Shown: piece after piece, positions 18,483 through 24,145 of the stretch
Layout: every line of letters starts with the position of its first letter
How positions within the stretch are numbered: position 1 is the first letter of the stretch
Source: a virus
Lineage: Duplodnaviria > Caudoviricetes
DNA length: 25,668 bases
Reading direction: 5' to 3' (one strand)
IMG/VR virus record: IMGVR_UViG_3300025416_000037
Span: 1-25,668 of that record
Translations under genes and position numbers: made by a program
Notes under the pieces: generated by a model
The model's database searches: none
Told to the model about the DNA's origin: nothing
The model's input: the letters and a program-made list of their open reading frames with translations, nothing else

Positions 18483-18511
18483 ACCTGTTATAAGATAGAG
18501 CTTGTTTTAAA

Positions 18512-18590
18512 TGGTCCGGGTACCTGGAATTGAACCAGGGATCAGCACTTTATAAGAATGCCAGCAACAACCAACGTCGCTCCTACCCGG
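18512..18590 (-). tRNA. tRNA-Ile (anticodon UAU), atypical
   Basis: CCGGGTA GG AGCGAC-GTTGGTT-GTTGCT G GCATT-CTTATAA-AGTGC TGATC CCTGG-TTCAATT-CCAGG TACCCGG A CCA. CCA is encoded, discriminator is A73. Confidence 0.88.
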
Positions 18591-18595
18591 CATAG

Positions 18596-18671
18596 CTGAG
18601 GGGGAGGGCCTCGAACCCCCAATAAAACCAGATTCAAAGTCTGGCGCGTCTACCAATTCCGCCACCCCTCA
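18596..18671 (-). tRNA. tRNA-Gln (UUG)
   Basis: TGAGGGG TG GCG-GAATTGGTAGA-CGC G CCAGA-CTTTGAA-TCTGG TTTTATT GGGGG-TTCGAGG-CCCTC CCCCTCA G. U1-A72 pair, no encoded CCA (followed by CTA). Confidence 0.88.
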
Positions 18672-18676
18672 TAGTG

Positions 18677-18829
18677 CTACTCTTCAGGGGTGTCAAACGC
18701 CTGAAAATTAAGGCTCATGTAGTAACTAATGAACTCTTCTACGTCATTATACCCCAAAGACTCAGAGACTCGATTGATTCTCTGGTATAAACGCAAAGGG
18801 ATGTTAAACTTAATTTCTTTCTTATCCAT
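18677..18829 (-). CDS. Small ribbon-helix-helix (CopG/Arc-like) DNA-binding protein; missing from the ORF track
   Basis: SD AAAGGAG then MDKKEIKFNIPLRLYQRINRVSESLGYNDVEEFISYYMSLNFQAFDTPEE* (50 aa). Alternating strand IKFNIP, a helix, a Gly turn, then second helix VEEFI. Confidence 0.7.
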   Translation of the reverse strand: MDKKEIKFNIPLRLYQRINRVSESLGYNDVEEFISYYMSLNFQAFDTPEE

Positions 18830-18845
18830 TATTCTCCTTTTGTTG

Positions 18846-18917
18846 CTCCCAGGGTAGGATTCGAACCTACGACTCTTCGCTTAACAGGCGAGCATTCTGC
18901 CACTGAATTACCTGGGA
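18846..18917 (-). tRNA. tRNA-Asn (GUU)
   Basis: TCCCAGG TA ATTC-AGTGGCA-GAAT G CTCGC-CTGTTAA-GCGAA GAGTC GTAGG-TTCGAAT-CCTAC CCTGGGA G. U1-A72 pair, no encoded CCA. Confidence 0.92.
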
Positions 18918-18920
18918 AAG

Positions 18921-19445
18921 TTAAAGACTATTATACATTGGTGTAAAGAGTCTTTCTTGACAATACATAAGGCTCTCATTCATCATAATGTCTTCATAGC
19001 AAGATTGATAGCTTTTATTAGAATATTTTTTGATTGCCTTGCCAGTTACTAAAAATTGGCAACTACCATAGAAAAACCATTCTGAATTAAAGTCTATACC
19101 CCACCATTTTTTTGCTAAATTAGCATAATTAGTATCATAGAAGTTCATCCCACCAGCATCATTCAATGGTATATAGTCTACCAACTTTGTAGGATCAAAA
19201 TCATTCAAATAATTAATTAAATTCGCATAATGATCAAATGGGTATCCTTGCAAAAACAACCATATATCGTCGTCTTCAATATTATCATAATTATGTATTA
19301 TTGCATAAAGTATTGATGTTGGGTCTCTGCCAATGTTAGGCAAATCATTATTCTTTGTTACGATTGTAACATCCCAATCTTTAGGTAGATCATTTACCCA
19401 ACCAGTGTTTTCTTGGAATTTACAAACAATTATTTTCTTATTCAT
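18921..19445 (-). CDS. DUF3431-like protein (glycosylation-associated, putative GT-A-like)
   Basis: IIVCKFQENTGWV...LPNIGRDPTSILYAIIHNYDNI...LFLQGYPFDH...CQFLV...ERLF follows the DUF3431 pattern. Start placed at ATG 19445, 2 nt after the upstream stop. AT-rich. Confidence 0.75.
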   Translation of the reverse strand: MNKKIIVCKFQENTGWVNDLPKDWDVTIVTKNNDLPNIGRDPTSILYAIIHNYDNIEDDDIWLFLQGYPFDHYANLINYLNDFDPTKLVDYIPLNDAGGMNFYDTNYANLAKKWWGIDFNSEWFFYGSCQFLVTGKAIKKYSNKSYQSCYEDIMMNESLMYCQERLFTPMYNSL

Positions 19446-19447
19446 TA

Positions 19448-20131
19448 TTAAAGATCTAACACAAGGTTTGGGTTGCCCCAATTTGCCTGGTATTTATACA
19501 AGTCTAAAGCACCAAAATAACGCACCCTACGAATTGCATTGCCACCGAAAGGGTTTGGCACTATAGCTTCAAATTCCTCATAAGACTCTGGGTTGTAACG
19601 CGGCTCATATGGTCTTTGGTTAGTATATTGGCTTAGTAGCAAGTCTTCCGCTGCAAGAGCAGTGCGCTTACTTGCCAATACTCCTTCTGGGCTATAATCC
19701 GTACTTTTTAAAGCAGATAATTTATCTTTATTCTCGAGGATGAATGAATATTTATAAGCACCGATATTCATGTTCAAGTAATTAGAATCATGTAATACAC
19801 CCAAAGATATGGCATTCGGTTTATCTTCAGGAATATTTTTTACAAGACTACCGAACTTTGGTCCAACAGTGCACGTACAATGCATCAAGAACCAGTACTC
19901 AGACTCAACTTCGTTCTCTGCAATGTCAATCAACGCAGTAAGATCAAAAGAATTATGCGCTACTTTTATTAAAGTTGATCCATTGTAATCTTCCACTGAT
20001 CTTTCAGTGTGACCACCTTCAAAGATATAAATATCTTCTTTTGCGATACCCGATTCAATCAATGAAGGTATGAGAACAGGCAGCGTATTGTCGCTAAAGC
20101 TTTTTACAGAACTAATAGCAATTTTGATCAT
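19448..20131 (-). CDS. Putative glycosyltransferase-like (GT-A) protein
   Basis: N-terminal strand-helix-strand (IKIAISS...LIPSLIESG...IYIFEGG) and YWFLMHCTC at the position of a DxD/HDT-like motif. ATGA-coupled within the sugar cassette. Confidence 0.45.
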   Translation of the reverse strand: MIKIAISSVKSFSDNTLPVLIPSLIESGIAKEDIYIFEGGHTERSVEDYNGSTLIKVAHNSFDLTALIDIAENEVESEYWFLMHCTCTVGPKFGSLVKNIPEDKPNAISLGVLHDSNYLNMNIGAYKYSFILENKDKLSALKSTDYSPEGVLASKRTALAAEDLLLSQYTNQRPYEPRYNPESYEEFEAIVPNPFGGNAIRRVRYFGALDLYKYQANWGNPNLVLDL

Positions 20132-21090
20132 GCAAAAAGATCAATCCACAACAAGGCTGCTTTCTTAAATTTAGCAGTCCAGCCTTCTGGCTCTGTATCA
20201 AACTTATCTGGTAACTTTTCAATAAGTTCCTTATAGCTGCCAACAATATCAGTGCTGGTAAGCTCGATAGCGTCTACAGCTTCCCAGAAGGTCTCGTTCA
20301 TAGCAAGACCTGGTGCTTGCTTCTTAAGGTTGACATAAACATTGCTTTGCTTACGGTGCTCAACAGAAGGATAGCCTGAAAGCACTGCATATCCAAGGTG
20401 ATCCATAACCTTCTTGGAAAGAACACCAGCCCAGATGTCATCGTATTGGTCAAACCCATAGTCAGGGCCAAAGATACCAAAATACATGATTGGAGTAAGT
20501 TCAGCTCTCCACGCAAGGTTCATACCACACATTGGGTAGTAGTTGTGGAGAGGGATGATGAAGGACTCATCTTCAGTCACAGGAGTAAACCGGAGATCGG
20601 GGTTGTGGAGGCTCGTAGCAGCATCGAGGTCAGGAACTTTGCTCCAGAGGCCATGGCTAACACCAATTGGGTTCTTACCGCGCATACCATATGGAAAACC
20701 ACGTGTGAATGGGTGTTGAAGGGTGCTTGTTACCCAGCCAAGGGTTGTGTTACCTTCAAGATTCTTAAGGTGACCTGCGAGGAAGTCACTCCCATCAGGG
20801 AAGCAGTCATTGTCGAGCGTGTAGATGTAATCTGCGCCAGTCTGCCAAGCCTTGTAGTAACCATAACTACGGCAAGCACTTGATCGGGTAGGAATGATCC
20901 AATCATTCTTGCCAAGGTCCTTCTTAATGTCATTGTGATCATAGACAGTGCCATTAAACCCTTCTGGGAGGGATGGCTTGTCACCAATGTCTTGCACGAT
21001 GATCAGTTCAACGTCTTTTAGCACGTCCCATTCCTTGAGGAAGTCAAGGTGGGGTAGGTGATTAGGAATTACTACAATGATTTTAGCCAT
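20128..21090 (-). CDS. GT75 / reversibly glycosylated polypeptide (RGP) family, UDP-arabinopyranose mutase homologue
   Basis: Colinear matches to plant RGP/UAM motifs: LDFL, LIIVQD, SACRSYGY, IYTLDNDCF (plant IFTIDDDCF), HLKNL, FTRGFPYGMR (plant FVRGYPFSLR), VSHGLW..VPDLDA, PMCGMNLA, MYFG, YDDIWAG, DHLG, H.K.SN..VNLKK. Confidence 0.92.
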   Translation of the reverse strand: MAKIIVVIPNHLPHLDFLKEWDVLKDVELIIVQDIGDKPSLPEGFNGTVYDHNDIKKDLGKNDWIIPTRSSACRSYGYYKAWQTGADYIYTLDNDCFPDGSDFLAGHLKNLEGNTTLGWVTSTLQHPFTRGFPYGMRGKNPIGVSHGLWSKVPDLDAATSLHNPDLRFTPVTEDESFIIPLHNYYPMCGMNLAWRAELTPIMYFGIFGPDYGFDQYDDIWAGVLSKKVMDHLGYAVLSGYPSVEHRKQSNVYVNLKKQAPGLAMNETFWEAVDAIELTSTDIVGSYKELIEKLPDKFDTEPEGWTAKFKKAALLWIDLFA

Positions 21091-21902
21091 GCTCTTGTTC
21101 TTTCAAGTCCTTCGGTCCAGTGAACCTTTGGTGTCCAATTATTAATAGATGATGCTTTGGTATTATCTGTTACAAACTCCATAACATCACCAGGGAGTCT
21201 TGGTGCTTCAATAGTGTTGTGGTAGTCAAGAGTTTCAAGCAGCTCGTTGAGAGATACAAGATTCTCTCTACCACCGCCCCAGTCGTAATCGTTGTTCTTG
21301 TAAAGATCAAAGTTGTTTACTTGGTCTGCAAGCATGTCAATACAATCGTCAATGTAGAGTACATCCCGGCTTTGCGAACCATCTCCGAACAGAGTAATTT
21401 GCTTGTTGTTAACAGCAGCATCAATAAACCAAGTGAACCAACCACCGTCTTCTGAGCCATCTTGGAGAGGTCCATAAACACTTGAAGGACGATTAATTAC
21501 ATAATTTGTGCCATAGACCTCATGGTACATCTTTAGGTAGTCTTCGCCAACTTGTTTTGATACACCGTATGGTGGAACAATCCCATCTTCGCCTGGATAC
21601 ACCTTCATTGTTGAGTTGAAAATAACCGGAATCTTAAATATGCGTGAGATCTCACAGACGTTAAACGTCCCGACTACATTATCATCAAAGTCCATACCTG
21701 GTGATCTAAGCGAGATCTGACTCGAGCAATTAGCACCCAAGTGGACAATCATGTCTGGTTGTTCCCTAAGCACTATTCTAGAAAGCAAAGCAAAGTCTGA
21801 TGTAGACTCACCAGACTTCTTATCCATGCCACGAGAGCCGGGGAACCTATTCATGAGGTGTTGCCCCATGAAGCCTTCGCTACCAGTAATCAATAATTTC
21901 AT
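21072..21902 (-). CDS. NAD-dependent NDP-sugar epimerase (extended SDR), CDP-tyvelose/paratose 2-epimerase (RfbE)-like
   Basis: ITGSEGFMG Rossmann motif and YGVSK catalytic motif. Subfamily-like features: STMKVY (cf. STNKVY), P..DF..N..GT.N, YGP.Q.G.ED.GW..WF and GGG.EN..SL.EL. Confidence 0.85.
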   Translation of the reverse strand: MKLLITGSEGFMGQHLMNRFPGSRGMDKKSGESTSDFALLSRIVLREQPDMIVHLGANCSSQISLRSPGMDFDDNVVGTFNVCEISRIFKIPVIFNSTMKVYPGEDGIVPPYGVSKQVGEDYLKMYHEVYGTNYVINRPSSVYGPLQDGSEDGGWFTWFIDAAVNNKQITLFGDGSQSRDVLYIDDCIDMLADQVNNFDLYKNNDYDWGGGRENLVSLNELLETLDYHNTIEAPRLPGDVMEFVTDNTKASSINNWTPKVHWTEGLERTRAWLKSL

Positions 21903-21904
21903 AG

Positions 21905-21976
21905 CGATCCTGAGGGATTACGATACCCCGGCCTCCTGCGTGACAAGCAGGCGCTCTTCCTCTGAGCTACAGGACC
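21905..21976 (-). tRNA. tRNA-Asp (GUC)
   Basis: GGTCCTG TA GCTC-AGAGGAA-GAGC G CCTGC-TTGTCAC-GCAGG AGGCC GGGGT-ATCGTAA-TCCCT CAGGATC G. G73 discriminator, non-canonical T-loop, no encoded CCA. Confidence 0.85.
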
Positions 21977-21985
21977 TAAACTGCG

Positions 21986-22345
21986 TTACTTCTTAGGTGG
22001 TGTCTTCTTAGCCAGAGCCTTATCGACGGTTGTCGCTGGCTTCGTCGTATATACCGCTGAAGCAGGTGGTGTGGCCACCACTGGTGCTGGTGCTGGTGTG
22101 GGGGTTACAGCAACAACTGGCTGAGGAAGCGTACCGAGAAGCCATCCGAGCTTAGGGTACTTCTTCTCCAAGGCAGTAATAGCCGTGTAATACAAACCAG
22201 ATGCGACTGGGACCAATGTAGCAAACGTACCAGTGTTGAACTTGCCCCACTTGGTTGCGCCCCAAGCAAGCAAAGCACCAACGATGGCTGCGACAAAGGC
22301 ACGACCTGTTGCTCTAGTTGTTGTTGTGTTGAGTGGACTTGACAT
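21986..22345 (-). CDS. Holin-like membrane protein
   Basis: Two hydrophobic helices, then YY.A...LEKKYPKLGWLLG, a motif I recall from actinophage holin-like proteins. Pro/Ala/Thr-rich linker, basic C-terminus, SD AAGGA. Confidence 0.65.
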   Translation of the reverse strand: MSSPLNTTTTRATGRAFVAAIVGALLAWGATKWGKFNTGTFATLVPVASGLYYTAITALEKKYPKLGWLLGTLPQPVVAVTPTPAPAPVVATPPASAVYTTKPATTVDKALAKKTPPKK

Positions 22346-22347
22346 CC

Positions 22348-22515
22348 TTATTTCTCCTTATTATTTTGGAACTTCACGGACACCTGGACGCCATTGACTT
22401 GAGTACGCAAGCTATTAAGAAGACCAGACATTGTTTCGCTGATTTCTTGGCTTGCGAGCTCATCGCTCTGTGCGTCTCGGGGGTCATAACTAATTGTAAT
22501 GACAGCTTTTTTCAT
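22348..22515 (-). CDS. Small hypothetical protein, probably leaderless
   Basis: 55 aa, MKKAVITISYDPRDAQ... The ATG at 22515 lies 7 nt after a -10 hexamer and has no SD. Confidence 0.6.
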   Translation of the reverse strand: MKKAVITISYDPRDAQSDELASQEISETMSGLLNSLRTQVNGVQVSVKFQNNKEK

Positions 22516-22521
22516 ATTTTG

Positions 22522-22550
22522 AATATATTGCATAAATTGCAAAAAATCAA
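22522..22550 (-). promoter_or_regulatory. Sigma70/SigA-type promoter with a palindromic operator in the spacer
   Basis: Minus strand reads TTGATT-17 nt-TATATT-6 nt-ATG. The spacer contains the inverted repeat TTGCA-N5-TGCAA (22528-22542). Confidence 0.65.
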
Positions 22551-22554
22551 GCTT

Positions 22555-23106
22555 TTACAATGTATTTGGCAATTCTGTCAAAACGTTAAAAGCGGCAGCA
22601 AGATCTGCTGGCATCATTTGATAAGGGTTACGGTCAAATACGACGCCACCAGCCCATAAGGATTGTGCTACTACTGCACTACAAATCATTGTATTGCTGT
22701 TTGTAAACTGCATTTTAATTCCTGTAATCAATTCGAGTGCAATACTCGTAATTGTCAAGAATCCATACTTATCTTTGATAAAGCTTTTGCAAGCAGTTAT
22801 TGCTTGGTCACGGCTTTGCTTATTTAGCTTGGTTGTAACGTAATAATACTCTACGTTCTTATACTCGCTAATGTTGCTAACAATCACACCACGACCAACA
22901 GCTTCAACAATGGTACCATCTTCGTCAATGATCATTGCAGCATGATTCCAATGAGAATATGGTTTCATTTTACCGTGATAACGGATAAATTGACCAAAGC
23001 GAATAAACTTAGCTAATACACCAGTAGTTGATACAAGGATAAAGTCTCCTGGCACATATTTAACTGGATCTTGTCCTGCGGCATATACCTTATATGTCGT
23101 AGTCAT
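22555..23106 (-). CDS. Permuted papain-like NlpC/P60 enzyme (YiiX/YebB-like)
   Basis: PGDFILV, SHWNHAAM, IVEA...GV, Y.F, and C-terminal MICSAVVAQSL. His precedes Cys, the permuted order. Confidence 0.85.
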   Translation of the reverse strand: MTTTYKVYAAGQDPVKYVPGDFILVSTTGVLAKFIRFGQFIRYHGKMKPYSHWNHAAMIIDEDGTIVEAVGRGVIVSNISEYKNVEYYYVTTKLNKQSRDQAITACKSFIKDKYGFLTITSIALELITGIKMQFTNSNTMICSAVVAQSLWAGGVVFDRNPYQMMPADLAAAFNVLTELPNTL

Positions 23107-24142
23107 CTAATTCACCCTCATATCCGTATGTTTCGTTCAAACCAAAGTATCGGCTGGCGAACCAACCTTCTACCTGCCCACCATCGGGGACAGATTGTGT
23201 ACCACCACGTGCTTGTGGGAGATCAATCGCGCTATCTTCATCTTCTACCACTGGTTCAGACTTGCTAGCAGCAATACCACCAAAAGGAGCAGCAGTTGAG
23301 TCGCTCTTGATTCGCTCTGTTCCTAGATCAGTGCCTTGTTCGTTGCCAGGCTGAGTCACGTACCAGCTAGCTCCACTAATGGGAGCTCCGCCACCAATGC
23401 CAGTTGCGGCACCTGCTTCTTCGTGGGTATCTCCACCTCTAGGTGGCTCACCAACGTCCTGGAAACCATTTGGTTGGTTAAGAGTAAAAGCACCACCAGT
23501 ATCACTGTCGATAGCAACTATTCTAAAGCCCATAAATAGCTTTGGATGATTCTGAGCGGGTTTGCCTGAGTCGAGTTGAGTAGTAGGATCACTCTTCATG
23601 TCAGTAATATCGCTTTTAAGGTCTTCGTCTACTGGTTCACCGTTTTCGGCACCTGGACCAAGATCTTCTGGCAACATTGTGCCAGTTGGGTCAGCATAGT
23701 GGACACTAGCGTGCCACCCAAGCGATCCATCAGCATTAGGACCTATTGTATATTGAGGATCATGGCTCAATGGTATGTCAAGCTTCTCATCTACGCCACT
23801 GTCGCTACCGTTTGGGCCGAAACCGCCCACGGTTCCTTCATTCTCTTTGCTAGACTTAGGTAGGCGAATGATTTGTATCTTACGGATGGCGTCTGCAGCT
23901 GTTACGCTTTCAATGAATTGGTTCCAGAGTATTTTATCTCTGATCATTGTTGGTGAAAGGTTATCACCGGTTGTTAATGTAATAACAAACCCGTTATCGA
24001 TGACAGTTACTTCAGGATCTGCAAAATATCCTTCAAATTGCGATATGACGGAGCGTACTACCGCATCTTTATTGTATTCCGATACATATCGGTTAAAGAC
24101 ACAGCGAAAGTTTTTACGCTGAGAATTATTTGCAGAAGTCAT
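23090..24142 (-). CDS. Hypothetical protein (compact N-terminal domain plus acidic Gly/Pro-rich region)
   Basis: 350 aa ORF, tightly packed with both neighbours. Confidence 0.7.
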   Translation of the reverse strand: MTSANNSQRKNFRCVFNRYVSEYNKDAVVRSVISQFEGYFADPEVTVIDNGFVITLTTGDNLSPTMIRDKILWNQFIESVTAADAIRKIQIIRLPKSSKENEGTVGGFGPNGSDSGVDEKLDIPLSHDPQYTIGPNADGSLGWHASVHYADPTGTMLPEDLGPGAENGEPVDEDLKSDITDMKSDPTTQLDSGKPAQNHPKLFMGFRIVAIDSDTGGAFTLNQPNGFQDVGEPPRGGDTHEEAGAATGIGGGAPISGASWYVTQPGNEQGTDLGTERIKSDSTAAPFGGIAASKSEPVVEDEDSAIDLPQARGGTQSVPDGGQVEGWFASRYFGLNETYGYEGELDDYDI

Positions 24143-24145
24143 ATA

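Noticed and set aside
18596-18671. Possible opal suppressor or selenocysteine tRNA (TTCAAA visible on the plus strand)
   Set aside because: The cloverleaf is on the minus strand, where the loop is CT-TTG-AA, giving Gln.
18512-21976. tRNAs as prophage attachment sites or a host-phage boundary
   Set aside because: There is no integrase, no duplicated tRNA 3' end, and phage-type genes continue on both sides.
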